Virus record (IMG/VR): IMGVR_UViG_3300032285_002884
DNA: 64,000 nt
Strand: one strand, 5' to 3'
Source: a virus
The translations under genes were made by a program, and so were the position numbers. This document shows, piece by piece, positions 1 to 8,520 of this stretch (position 1 is its first letter; each line of letters begins with the position of its first letter). The notes beneath the pieces are model-generated. The model had not been told where the DNA came from and made no database searches. It worked only from the letters and a program-made list of their open reading frames with translations.

Positions 1-1
1 C

Positions 2-190
2 AAGAGGATGACCGCCGTGGGACTGCCTTGCCCCTACAAGGTAAATGCCAACCCACTCCCATGGACACAGAAGTGGATCAGCGGATCAGACGTTCAGGTT
101 GCGCCACAAGAAACTGAGATTACCAGCTACATCGGTGGCGGTGTTAAGAAGGATGTAAACAATGATACTTTCAAGGGCTTTTCTCTATAG
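2..190 (+). CDS. nrdB: Ribonucleotide reductase class Ia beta subunit, C-terminal part (runs in from upstream of window)
   Basis: C-terminal NPLPWTQKWISGSDVQVAPQETEITSY...F motif typical of NrdB. Confidence 0.93.
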   Translation, partial: KRMTAVGLPCPYKVNANPLPWTQKWISGSDVQVAPQETEITSYIGGGVKKDVNNDTFKGFSL

Positions 191-638
191 TCTAGTACTC
201 GTAGTCGGGGCTATGGGATCTACGGCGTTTGCCGGAGACCTCCCACAGACTCCTGATTCTAAGCTGACTCCGGGCGCAGTAAATCCGGCTGCGACCAAGG
301 AGATGATCTGCGTTCCTGGATATACTTCCCAGCCGGGGGTTCGCAACGTCCCTGAGTCTCTCAAGAAGCAGGTGTTCGCCGAGTACCGCATCGACTCGAC
401 GTCCGATAAGTTCGAGATCGACCACCTGATCTCGCTCGAGCTCGGCGGCGCCAACGACATCAAGAACCTATGGCCTCAGTCATACACGACTACTCCGTAC
501 AATGCACACATCAAGGACGCTTTAGAGAACAAGCTTCACAAGATGATCTGCGACGGTAAGATCGACATCAAGAAAGCTCAGCAGGAGATCGCTAGGGACT
601 GGGTCGCTGCTTATAAGAAATACGTGGAGGCAAAGTAA
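162..638 (+). CDS. HNH-type nuclease with N-terminal signal peptide
   Basis: Hydrophobic leader ending TAFA; EIDHLISLELGGANDIKNLW HNH-like motif. Confidence 0.7.
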   Translation: MILSRAFLYSLVLVVGAMGSTAFAGDLPQTPDSKLTPGAVNPAATKEMICVPGYTSQPGVRNVPESLKKQVFAEYRIDSTSDKFEIDHLISLELGGANDIKNLWPQSYTTTPYNAHIKDALENKLHKMICDGKIDIKKAQQEIARDWVAAYKKYVEAK

Positions 639-907
639 TGGGGTGGCATGACAGGTTTCTTATAGACCTAGTAGAGGCTATAAAGTTAAACGTATCTGAA
701 CACGGCGAGAGACGTCCTCTATACGATGAACTGATCAGCCTTATAAACAACAGCGATATCGATCTAGACTTAAAGTCCGCAAAGAAGATCGACAAAGTCT
801 ACGACATCGCGTACAGTGAGTCGCTCGATGAGGTAGACGATGACGTCACACCTTATATTGAAGATGAGGACGACGGTTGGGACGATCAGGACCGCGATAG
901 GTTCTAA
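638..907 (+). CDS. Hypothetical acidic protein
   Basis: TAATG-coupled to upstream gene; D/E-rich C terminus. Confidence 0.7.
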   Translation: MGWHDRFLIDLVEAIKLNVSEHGERRPLYDELISLINNSDIDLDLKSAKKIDKVYDIAYSESLDEVDDDVTPYIEDEDDGWDDQDRDRF

Positions 908-933
908 TAAATAGTGGGAGGGAGTCCCACTAT
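906..933 (+). promoter_or_regulatory. Late promoter (AATAAATA) plus hairpin covering SD and start codon
   Basis: AATAAATA 906-913; ATAGTGGGA 911-919 pairs with TCCCACTAT 925-933, loop GGGAG. Confidence 0.7.
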
Positions 934-1342
934 GTCTTATGATAACCCATGGCTCTACTTCGGAGCACCGCTGACTACAGAGCTGACCGAGGACTATGTT
1001 GGATTCGTGTACGAGATCACGAACGTAGACTCGGGAAAGAAGTACATCGGAAAGAAGCTCTTCAAGTTCTCGAGATCAAAGCAGGTCAAGGGAAAGAAGA
1101 AGAGGTTCAAGATCGACTCCGACTGGAAAGACTACTACGGCTCGAACAACGAGCTAAAGGAAGACGTCGATAGTCTTGGCACAGATAAGTTCAAGAGAGT
1201 AGTCTTGAAGCTCTGTAAGACCAAGGGCGACTGCAACTACTGGGAAGCGAAGTACCAGTTTGACTACAGAGTCCTAGAGAGTGACCTGTACTATAATTCA
1301 TGGATCTCAGTCAAGGTTCACAAGTCACACGTGAAGATATAG
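932..1342 (+). CDS. GIY-YIG family endonuclease
   Basis: GFVYEITN...KKYIGKK and YYGS motifs; ATG 932 follows GGAG. Confidence 0.85.
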   Translation: MSYDNPWLYFGAPLTTELTEDYVGFVYEITNVDSGKKYIGKKLFKFSRSKQVKGKKKRFKIDSDWKDYYGSNNELKEDVDSLGTDKFKRVVLKLCKTKGDCNYWEAKYQFDYRVLESDLYYNSWISVKVHKSHVKI

Positions 1343-1353
1343 TTCTTTATGGG

Positions 1354-1382
1354 TTGACAAAAAATAAGATCCATGATAGATT
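1354..1382 (+). promoter_or_regulatory. Sigma70-type early promoter upstream of tRNA-Leu
   Basis: TTGACA-17-TAGATT with extended TG. Confidence 0.75.
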
Positions 1383-1390
1383 AGAGATAT

Positions 1391-1467
1391 GCCCACGTAA
1401 CCCAATAGGCAGAGGTACAAGACTTAAAATTTTGGAAGTGTGGGTTCGACCCCCACCGTGGGCACCA
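1391..1467 (+). tRNA. tRNA-Leu(UAA), short variable arm
   Basis: GCCCACG/CGTGGGC acceptor, CAAGA-CTTAAAA-TTTTG anticodon arm, GTTCGA T loop, encoded CCA. Confidence 0.9.
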
Positions 1468-1484
1468 ACTTTGGAGAGTATACA

Positions 1485-1802
1485 ATGAAAGACTTCTTTA
1501 GTGCGGTCGGAGCGTTCATCGTGTTTGTCGCTGTGATCATGTTATTCAGCCTCCTCAGCTACGAGGGTTATAAGTTCTTTGCTCCTCGCTACGAGCAAGT
1601 CCGCTACGACACCTTCAAGCAGAGTCAGGCATACAACGACGGGATGCTCCGTGACCTCTACGACCTGCAGCGTGAGTACAACTCTGCCGACGCCGAACAC
1701 AAGGGCGCCATGAAGGCACTCATCATTCATCGCTTCGAGATCTTTGACAAGAACCGCTTGCCGGCAGATCTTCAGACCTTCTACTTCTCAGTCGCAAACT
1801 AA
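1485..1802 (+). CDS. Membrane-anchored hypothetical protein
   Basis: GGAG SD then ATG 1485; N-terminal TM helix followed by a helical domain. Confidence 0.8.
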   Translation: MKDFFSAVGAFIVFVAVIMLFSLLSYEGYKFFAPRYEQVRYDTFKQSQAYNDGMLRDLYDLQREYNSADAEHKGAMKALIIHRFEIFDKNRLPADLQTFYFSVAN

Positions 1803-1813
1803 CAGGTGAAACT

Positions 1814-2314
1814 ATGAATAAGTATATCATGATCGGCATCATGTCTCTCGGCCTCGCGGGATGTGAGCCTCCAGGTCCATCTTCTGACCAAGTACAGCGT
1901 CAGGCACAGGAAGCACTCTCTCAGCAGAGCAACATGTCGGTGGGAATGCCCGCCATCACGAAGTTCGCCGAGAAGCGTATCCTCAAGGACATCCTCGAGC
2001 TTCGTGACAAGATGCTTCCTACATACACCTACCTTGCGGGTGACATGAACGGAAACATTGGTGAGAAGGTATGCGACAGCCTCGGTTACGGCATCTCGTC
2101 TGCTACTCAGTACACCAACCCACAGAAGATCGTAGACCGCTCTCAAGCTGGCTACGCTATCCTGCCTCAGGCAGATCCAAATGGACTGTTTAGCCCAGCA
2201 TCGGCTGAGGGCACTTGGATCCTCTGCAAGGTTCCTGGATCTGACAAGGTAGAGCCGCAGTACATCGAGCCCCGTATCATCGTGCTGACCTACCCAAAAG
2301 AGGCACGGAAATAA
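1814..2314 (+). CDS. Putative lipoprotein
   Basis: Lipobox LAGC after a short hydrophobic signal. Confidence 0.8.
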   Translation: MNKYIMIGIMSLGLAGCEPPGPSSDQVQRQAQEALSQQSNMSVGMPAITKFAEKRILKDILELRDKMLPTYTYLAGDMNGNIGEKVCDSLGYGISSATQYTNPQKIVDRSQAGYAILPQADPNGLFSPASAEGTWILCKVPGSDKVEPQYIEPRIIVLTYPKEARK

Positions 2315-2321
2315 GTAATAG

Positions 2322-2396
2322 GGACCTGTAGCTTAAAGGTGAAGCCGGCCGCTCATAACGGTCTGAGTGTAGGTTCGAGTCCTACTGGGTCCACCA
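2322..2396 (+). tRNA. tRNA with CAU anticodon, probably Ile2 (lysidine) rather than Met
   Basis: GGACCTG/TGGGTCC acceptor with paired 1-72 (not initiator); C4-G69 and C5-G68; GGCCG-CTCATAA-CGGTC arm; CCA. Confidence 0.88.
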
Positions 2397-2411
2397 AACA
2401 AGGAAGATCAG

Positions 2412-2612
2412 ATGTGGTTTGAACAGTTTATCGGCGACTTCTACAACGCTGCAGCGGACAAGCTGCAGCATGAGGCCGGCAAGCGAGGCCTTACCATCAA
2501 TCTGATCTTCGACAACTATCACAGCATCAAGTACGAAGAGGCTGAGAACCATGCCAAGCTCAACGTCTTCATCGACTTCATAACCTATAAGATCTACAGG
2601 ATAGAAGAATGA
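2412..2612 (+). CDS. Hypothetical protein
   Basis: AGGA SD; fits operon packing. Confidence 0.65.
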   Translation: MWFEQFIGDFYNAAADKLQHEAGKRGLTINLIFDNYHSIKYEEAENHAKLNVFIDFITYKIYRIEE

Positions 2613-2812
2613 TTTTCGGAACCTACAGCGATCTTGAGATTCTGGTAATGAGAGACATGGAGGAGCTAGGCTTTGATCCTCACAACAGCTACAGCGTCGA
2701 GATGTATTGGGAATATAAACTAGGAGAATACGAAGATGATAGAGATCTACAGTCGGGATGGGTGTCAGTACTGCAAGATGGCAGCGGAGCTGCTGAAGCA
2801 GAAGAACATTGA
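2609..2812 (+). CDS. Hypothetical protein
   Basis: Overlaps upstream stop; 3' end overlaps glutaredoxin. Confidence 0.5.
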   Translation: MIFGTYSDLEILVMRDMEELGFDPHNSYSVEMYWEYKLGEYEDDRDLQSGWVSVLQDGSGAAEAEEH

Positions 2813-2993
2813 CTTCCTTGAACATAAGCTCGACGTGAACTTTACTCGCGAATATCTGCTTGAGAAGTTTCCGTCAGCCAAGACTTTTCCGGTCATCGTG
2901 GTCGACGGGTACAACATCGGCGGCTACAGCCAGCTCACCGAGCACCTAAAGAGCACTGAGACTAACCAGCAACTGTTGAACGAAGGAATTTAA
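2736..2993 (+). CDS. nrdC: Glutaredoxin (NrdC-like)
   Basis: CQYC active site, TFPVI, IGGY motifs. Confidence 0.93.
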   Translation: MIEIYSRDGCQYCKMAAELLKQKNIDFLEHKLDVNFTREYLLEKFPSAKTFPVIVVDGYNIGGYSQLTEHLKSTETNQQLLNEGI

Positions 2994-3271
2994 TGATGGA
3001 AGGATTAACTGCCGAGGGCCGCACCAACCTGCTCGTCGACCTCAAGCGCGGCGTGGTAGAGGTTCACTTTACAAAGGTAGACGGCTCAAATCGCGTAATG
3101 CGATGCACGCTGATGCCAGACTTACTTCCGCCTAACCACAACGTCAACGAGGAGAAAGAGTTCCATACAAAGAACCCGGACGTCCTCGCCGTATGGGATA
3201 CTCAGAAGGGTGGCTGGCGCTCGTTCCGTATCGATACCGTGCAGTATGTTCAGTTCTTGGACAACTACTGA
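2993..3271 (+). CDS. Conserved phage SH3/WYL-like beta-barrel protein
   Basis: FTKVDGSNRVMRCTL and WDTQKGGWRSFR motifs. Confidence 0.8.
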   Translation: MMEGLTAEGRTNLLVDLKRGVVEVHFTKVDGSNRVMRCTLMPDLLPPNHNVNEEKEFHTKNPDVLAVWDTQKGGWRSFRIDTVQYVQFLDNY

Positions 3272-3471
3272 TGTCCTACGATCGTCGTGAAGACGACGAT
3301 GAGTGGAACACGATCAGGGTTACCATGTCCGAGGCCGACAATGACTTTGAATACTATATCCAGTTGGTCGAGCGTGACAAGAAGAAAGTGATCATTACTA
3401 GGGAGGGCAAGGACTTTGCAGTTCTCGTCCCCCATGAGATAAATAAGACGTCAGAAGACAAATCCCCTTAA
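3271..3471 (+). CDS. Phd/YefM-like antitoxin-fold protein
   Basis: TGATG coupling; VTMSEADNDFEYYIQLVERDKKKVIITREGKDFAVLVP matches the Phd/YefM N-terminal pattern. Confidence 0.7.
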   Translation: MSYDRREDDDEWNTIRVTMSEADNDFEYYIQLVERDKKKVIITREGKDFAVLVPHEINKTSEDKSP

Positions 3472-3489
3472 AATTTGGAGTGAAATATA

Positions 3490-3852
3490 ATGGAAGATGT
3501 TCAGCCTTGGGGCTACCACCTCATCCTTGACTGCTCGGGTGCCGACCATGAGTCGATCACGAGTCATGATAATGTCTACAACTTTACTAAAGAAGTAGTC
3601 GAGAAGATCGACATGGTCGCCTACGGCGAGCCACAGATCGTTAAGTTTGGTTCCGGTAACAAGGCCGGCTTCACGCTCGTCCAGCTCATCGAGACCTCTA
3701 ACATCTGCGCTCACTTCTGTGACGACACAGATACTTTCTACCTAGACGTCTTCTCGTGCAAGACCTTCGACCCTCAGATAGTCCTCGATCTCTGTATCAA
3801 GTACTTCAAGGTCACGGGTCACAAGGCAGCGTTCATTAACAGACAGGCTTGA
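3490..3852 (+). CDS. speD: S-adenosylmethionine decarboxylase-family pyruvoyl enzyme
   Basis: GYHLILD, LIETSNICAH autocleavage region, YLDVFSCK. Confidence 0.88.
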   Translation: MEDVQPWGYHLILDCSGADHESITSHDNVYNFTKEVVEKIDMVAYGEPQIVKFGSGNKAGFTLVQLIETSNICAHFCDDTDTFYLDVFSCKTFDPQIVLDLCIKYFKVTGHKAAFINRQA

Positions 3853-3855
3853 TCC

Positions 3856-4827
3856 ATGGCGATCGCGATTGATGAAGTCTCAGCCAACGCCATGGGCGGA
3901 ACTGAGTTGATGAAGTTCGGGCTTCAGGATCGCATTGATCCTGAGCTCCTTAAAGAGTTCCAGATCATCGCCTCGCGAGTCCGTGATCTAGACGATACCA
4001 AGGTACGAATCCTCTGGTGTCACGACCTTCCAGGAGATCCAGAATCTGACCACCTCAAGAATGGTGGGTGGAACAAGTTCCACAAGATCGTCTTCGTGTC
4101 TAACTGGCAGATGCAGGCATACATTAACCACTACAATATCCCATGGTCTAAGTGCATCGTCATCCAGAATGCTGTTGACCCTCTACGGATGATGCAGAAG
4201 CCTAGTGATAAGATCAAGCTGATCTATACACCGACTCCTCACCGCGGTCTCGACATCCTCTATCCTGTCTTTGATAAGCTCTGTGAGAAGTACGACAACC
4301 TCGAGCTCGACGTCTTCTCATCGTTCAAGCTCTACGGATGGCCTGACAGGGATAAGCAGTTCGAGCCTCTGTTTGAAGCCCTTAGGAACCATCCTAAGAT
4401 CAACTACCACGGGACACAGCCAAACTCTGTAGTCCGCGAGGCAGTCGAGAACGCCCACATCTTTGCATACCCGTCGACTTGGGTCGAGACCTCGTGTCTA
4501 TGTCTCATCGAGGCGATGTCTGCTGGGCTGGTGTGCGTACATCCTAACCTTGGAGCTCTCTATGAGACCGCTGCGAACTGGACCTTCATGTATCAGTTCA
4601 GTGAGAACAAGAACGAGCATGCCAAGATGTTCTATACGGTCCTCGAGTCAGCAATCGAGGAATACCATCGCAATGAGATGGACGTTCGTCTGGTTAACCA
4701 GAAAGGATATACCGATGCCTTCTATAACTGGCAGAACCGCTCCAGTCAGTGGACGGCTTTGTTAAAGAGCCTGCTGAACGAGCCGAGGGCCCTGCCATCG
4801 CAGACGTTCTCATATAGAACAAATTAA
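3856..4827 (+). CDS. Glycosyltransferase (GT-B, GT4-like)
   Basis: GGTE N-terminal motif; YPSTWVETSCLCLIEAMSAG (E-X7-E) motif. Confidence 0.88.
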   Translation: MAIAIDEVSANAMGGTELMKFGLQDRIDPELLKEFQIIASRVRDLDDTKVRILWCHDLPGDPESDHLKNGGWNKFHKIVFVSNWQMQAYINHYNIPWSKCIVIQNAVDPLRMMQKPSDKIKLIYTPTPHRGLDILYPVFDKLCEKYDNLELDVFSSFKLYGWPDRDKQFEPLFEALRNHPKINYHGTQPNSVVREAVENAHIFAYPSTWVETSCLCLIEAMSAGLVCVHPNLGALYETAANWTFMYQFSENKNEHAKMFYTVLESAIEEYHRNEMDVRLVNQKGYTDAFYNWQNRSSQWTALLKSLLNEPRALPSQTFSYRTN

Positions 4828-4843
4828 AAATGCGAGGGCGGGG

Positions 4844-4872
4844 TTGACAAGATCTCGCTCTCGTGTTATATT
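4844..4872 (+). promoter_or_regulatory. Sigma70-type promoter inside a 15-bp hairpin
   Basis: TTGACA-17-TATATT. Confidence 0.8.
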
Positions 4873-4886
4873 GGGATATAACAAAA

Positions 4887-5288
4887 ATGGAATCTAACAA
4901 CGTAATCACGTTTCCCAAGGCATCTAAGGTGTCCCCTCCTATCACGAGGGAACAGATAAGCAATAACATGGATCTAATTCGTCACGTACACGTCTCTGAG
5001 ACTCTATCTACGATAGCACCGATGCTGTTCGAGCAGCTCTCACTAGCCGGCTTTGACTTCACCGAGGACAGCGAAGACTTGAAGTACGGAGCGTTCATCG
5101 TCGAGTCGATTAGGTCGATGCTGATGAGAAGCTATGACATGCCACACCCATTTCAAGAACTGGCTGGGGCTGTGTTTCAAGAAGACGCTGAGACCGGTGG
5201 CCTCAGGATAGTCGAAGAACTTAACATAAAGTTCGCCTCTAAGTTTGAGTTTGATGGACCTGAAGAAGATATTGAAGAAGAGGAATAA
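4887..5288 (+). CDS. Hypothetical protein
   Basis: ATG downstream of promoter; NNVITFP start common in T4-like phages. Confidence 0.75.
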   Translation: MESNNVITFPKASKVSPPITREQISNNMDLIRHVHVSETLSTIAPMLFEQLSLAGFDFTEDSEDLKYGAFIVESIRSMLMRSYDMPHPFQELAGAVFQEDAETGGLRIVEELNIKFASKFEFDGPEEDIEEEE

Positions 5289-5291
5289 TAC

Positions 5292-6143
5292 GTGATCATT
5301 CTAGACCTATCACAGGTGATGATTTCTAATCTTATGGTGCAGATAGGCAACCACACCAACACGAAGATCGAGGAGAACATGGTTCGACACATGGTGCTCA
5401 ACTCGATTCGAGCCTACCGCTCAAGGTTCTTCTCTGAGTTCGGCGAGATCGTGATTGCGTGTGACAACAAGAACTACTGGCGTCGTAAGCTGTTCCCCTA
5501 CTACAAGGCAAACCGCAAGAAGAACATCGAGAAGTCGGAACTCGACTGGGCCTCGATCTTTGAGTGCATGAACAAGATCCGCGCAGAGCTCAAGGAGTTC
5601 TTTCCCTACAAGGTGATCGACGTCGAGACAGCCGAGGCTGACGACATCATCGCGACCTTGACTAAGATGGTCATCGGTACCGGCGAGAAAGTACTGATCT
5701 TGTCTGGTGACAAGGACTTTATCCAGCTACATAAGTATCCTCACGTCACTCAGTACGATCCAGTGCGTAAGAAGAACATCACGAACGACAACCCAGAGCG
5801 CTACCTTGAAGAGCACATTCTCAAGGGTGACTCAGGCGACGGCATCCCAAACATCCTGTCATCAGATAACTGCTTCGTAGTCGGTGAGCGTCAGAAGCCC
5901 ATGACCCAGAAGAAGATCGACGCGTTCATTGAGCTGGGAATAATTGGTAAGTTCGACCACCCTAACTTCCGCAACTACGTCCGCAACGACACTCTCATCA
6001 ACCTCGATAGGATTCCTGAAGAAGTCTCAGTGAAGATCCAGGAATCATATATAGACCAGAAAGATAAAGATAGATCAAAGCTGTTTGACTACTTTATGAC
6101 TAATAAACTGAAGCTGCTTACAGAACACTTAGGGGAGTTCTAA
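5292..6143 (+). CDS. rnh: T4-type RNase H / 5'-3' exonuclease
   Basis: ILDLSQ, YKANR, EADDII, SGDKDFIQL, GDSGDGIPN. Confidence 0.96.
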   Translation: MIILDLSQVMISNLMVQIGNHTNTKIEENMVRHMVLNSIRAYRSRFFSEFGEIVIACDNKNYWRRKLFPYYKANRKKNIEKSELDWASIFECMNKIRAELKEFFPYKVIDVETAEADDIIATLTKMVIGTGEKVLILSGDKDFIQLHKYPHVTQYDPVRKKNITNDNPERYLEEHILKGDSGDGIPNILSSDNCFVVGERQKPMTQKKIDAFIELGIIGKFDHPNFRNYVRNDTLINLDRIPEEVSVKIQESYIDQKDKDRSKLFDYFMTNKLKLLTEHLGEF

Positions 6144-6571
6144 TGAAACTAGGCATAGCCGAGATCTTACAGAAGATCGCAGGACTGAAGAATAAAGACG
6201 AGAAGATCAACGCTCTTAGACAGGTCGACTCGTTCGCTATCAGGACCGTCTTACAAGGAGCCTTTGATCCGCGAATCAAGTGGCTCTTACCTCCAGGCGA
6301 GGTACCTTATAAGAAGAGCGATCTTCCCGACCTTCAAAGTGCTCTCTACAATGAGATCAGGAAGCTGTACCTCTTCGTCGAAGGCGGCAACTCTAACCTC
6401 AAGCAGCTGAGACGAGAGACCCTCTTCATTCAACTTCTCGAGTCTGTATCTCCTGAAGACGCTGAGCTCCTTGCTGCTATCAAGGACAAGAAGCTTCCCT
6501 ACAAGGGAATCACTTCGGCAATCGTGAAAGAAGCATATCCTGGGCTTATCGATGAGCAAGACAAAGCATAA
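6143..6571 (+). CDS. Conserved T4-like phage protein
   Basis: LPPGEVPY and RRETLFIQLLE motifs; usual neighbour of rnh. Confidence 0.8.
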   Translation: MKLGIAEILQKIAGLKNKDEKINALRQVDSFAIRTVLQGAFDPRIKWLLPPGEVPYKKSDLPDLQSALYNEIRKLYLFVEGGNSNLKQLRRETLFIQLLESVSPEDAELLAAIKDKKLPYKGITSAIVKEAYPGLIDEQDKA

Positions 6572-6743
6572 CTATTCTCTACGCCAGAACGACTTCCGCC
6601 TCGACAACGAAGACTTCCTGTTCGCACAGGCAGTCAAGGAAGACCGTAGAAAGAAGAAGATGAAGAGACTTCAGAACGCAGCTAAGACAAAAAATGTTGA
6701 CAAGCTGGATGAATATGACGAATATGACCGAGAGTATGACTGA
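6552..6743 (+). CDS. Hypothetical protein
   Basis: Overlap-coupled on both sides. Confidence 0.6.
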   Translation: MSKTKHNYSLRQNDFRLDNEDFLFAQAVKEDRRKKKMKRLQNAAKTKNVDKLDEYDEYDREYD

Positions 6744-6994
6744 TGCCAACTTATCTTTTCCTAAATAATGAGACGGGTGAAGAATTCACCGAGTTCATGA
6801 TGATATCACAGTTGGATGACTACCTCAAGGAAAATCCAAACTTAACGCAACAGGTATATGGAGCGCCTATGATTGGTACAAACATTCTCGTCGGCAGGTC
6901 TAGCAAGCCCGAGAATGGATTTCGAGACGTCTTGAGGGAGATCAAGAAGAAAAACTCAAGGGGTCTGACGAGGTCTACCGTTAATACTTTCTAA
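6743..6994 (+). CDS. FmdB-like small protein (Cys-less)
   Basis: MPTYxF...TGEEF start; GFRDVLREIKK. Confidence 0.7.
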   Translation: MPTYLFLNNETGEEFTEFMMISQLDDYLKENPNLTQQVYGAPMIGTNILVGRSSKPENGFRDVLREIKKKNSRGLTRSTVNTF

Positions 6995-7025
6995 GGCGCT
7001 CTTCAATAATAAGAAAGAGCATTTA

Positions 7026-7820
7026 ATGCCACTAACCGCCGGTCAGAGACTAACGAAAAAGCAGAGAAGGCAGCTACGACAGGAAGGAGTACTAGGCACT
7101 CAGGAGAATACATTTAAGTCCAATTTTCAAATCAAGCATTTTAGTCCTCTTACTGAGAATCAAAGAAAGACTTATGAAGCGTTTGAAGATGGGCAGAACC
7201 TCCTGCTCCATGGAATTGCCGGTACCGGTAAGACTTTTCTATCTCTGTATCTCTCAACCAGAGAAGTCTTAAAGAGTGAATCACCTTATAAGAAAGTAAT
7301 CATCGTTAGGTCTGCGGTCCCGACGCGTGACATGGGTTTCCTTCCAGGAAACAATGCCGAGAAGGCAAAGGTCTACGAGGCCCCATACATGGCAATCGCC
7401 ACCGAGCTCTTCGGTCGAGGCGACGCATACGACGTTCTAAAGAACAAGAACATGGTCGAGTTCATCTCGACGTCCTACGTCAGAGGTATCACCCTCTCAG
7501 ACTGCATCATCATAGTCGACGAAGTACAGAACATGACTTATCATGAGATCGACTCGATCATTACCCGCGTCGGCGAGAACTGCCGAATCATATTCTCAGG
7601 CGACTTTAGACAGACCGACTTTACAAGAGAGCAGGAGAAGTCCGGTCTCAGGGACTTCATTAAGATCATTAAGTCCATGGAATCGTTTGAGTTCATTGAG
7701 TTTGAGATACAAGACATCGTAAGATCACGAATGGTGAAGGAATATATCATTGCTAAGGACAGACACGAGCGCAACAAGGATCGAAGGGAAGATCTTCGAC
7801 CACAGGTTCTTGCCGAGTGA
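7026..7820 (+). CDS. phoH: PhoH-family ATPase
   Basis: GIAGTGKT Walker A, GFLPG, RGITL, DEVQN, GDFRQTD. Confidence 0.96.
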   Translation: MPLTAGQRLTKKQRRQLRQEGVLGTQENTFKSNFQIKHFSPLTENQRKTYEAFEDGQNLLLHGIAGTGKTFLSLYLSTREVLKSESPYKKVIIVRSAVPTRDMGFLPGNNAEKAKVYEAPYMAIATELFGRGDAYDVLKNKNMVEFISTSYVRGITLSDCIIIVDEVQNMTYHEIDSIITRVGENCRIIFSGDFRQTDFTREQEKSGLRDFIKIIKSMESFEFIEFEIQDIVRSRMVKEYIIAKDRHERNKDRREDLRPQVLAE

Positions 7821-8436
7821 GAAGCTCGAGAGAGTCGAGATAGAGGGTAAGCGACACTACATCACACCAGAGGGTGCCGCTTATAAGTCAGTCACTACCA
7901 TCCTAGGTGAAAAGCTCAACAAGGATGGTCTTGAGAAGTGGAAGAAGCGGGTAGGCGAGGAAGAGGCCAAGAAGGTCTCACTCCTCGCCGCTCGTCGTGG
8001 CACGGCGGTCCATGACATCGCTGAGAAGTACCTCTTAAACGAGGAAGGTTGGTCTAGAGGCGCGATGCCCGCCAACGTCGAGACTTTTAAGATGGCCAAG
8101 AAGGTACTCGACGAGCACGTCGACGTAGTCTACGGCATCGAGCTATTCTTGTACTCAGACGAGCTGATGACAGCCGGGGCCACCGACGTGGTCGCCGAGT
8201 ACGACGGCATCAAGTCCATCATCGACTTCAAGACGTCTAAGAACGTCAAGACCGAGGCCATGATCGAGAGCTACTTCTTACAGGCTACCTGCTACGCCCT
8301 CATGGCCGAGGAGAGGTACGGGATCGAGGTACCCCAGATCGTCATCATCATCATGGTGGACGACGCCCCAGAGCCCCTGGTCTTCCGTAAAGACAAGTCC
8401 CAGTACGTGGACAGGGTAAGAGAGATATTCAGCTAA
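7750..8436 (+). CDS. PD-(D/E)XK exonuclease (start uncertain)
   Basis: SVTTIL, RGTAVH, AGATD, IDFKTS, YFLQ. Confidence 0.9.
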   Translation: MLRTDTSATRIEGKIFDHRFLPSEKLERVEIEGKRHYITPEGAAYKSVTTILGEKLNKDGLEKWKKRVGEEEAKKVSLLAARRGTAVHDIAEKYLLNEEGWSRGAMPANVETFKMAKKVLDEHVDVVYGIELFLYSDELMTAGATDVVAEYDGIKSIIDFKTSKNVKTEAMIESYFLQATCYALMAEERYGIEVPQIVIIIMVDDAPEPLVFRKDKSQYVDRVREIFS

Positions 8437-8465
8437 ATAGCCTTATAATTATCATAAAATAGGGG

Positions 8466-8494
8466 TTGACAATAATTGATCCCTGTGGTATAAT
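8466..8494 (+). promoter_or_regulatory. Consensus sigma70 promoter
   Basis: TTGACA-17-TATAAT. Confidence 0.9.
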
Positions 8495-8520
8495 AATCTT
8501 ATGATAGGAAAGGAAGCCGA

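Noticed and set aside
1440-1484. Upstream starts of ORF-track entries 1440, 12813, 20113 and 21132
   Set aside because: They overlap tRNAs or neighbouring genes; downstream ATGs (1485, 20020, 21075) fit SD/coupling, and 12813-13022 is a shadow of 12862-13047.
1485-2314. Membrane protein plus lipoprotein as an i-/o-spanin pair
   Set aside because: Topology fits loosely, but they lie behind an early promoter between tRNAs, with no endolysin nearby and no long coiled coil; unsupported.
6697-6725. TTGACA in ORF 6552-6743 as another promoter
   Set aside because: No convincing -10 at 16-18 bp and no clear hairpin; left uncalled.
7750-8436. Cas4/CRISPR function for the PD-(D/E)XK nuclease
   Set aside because: No Fe-S cysteine cluster or array; this is the usual exonuclease next to phoH in T4-like phages.
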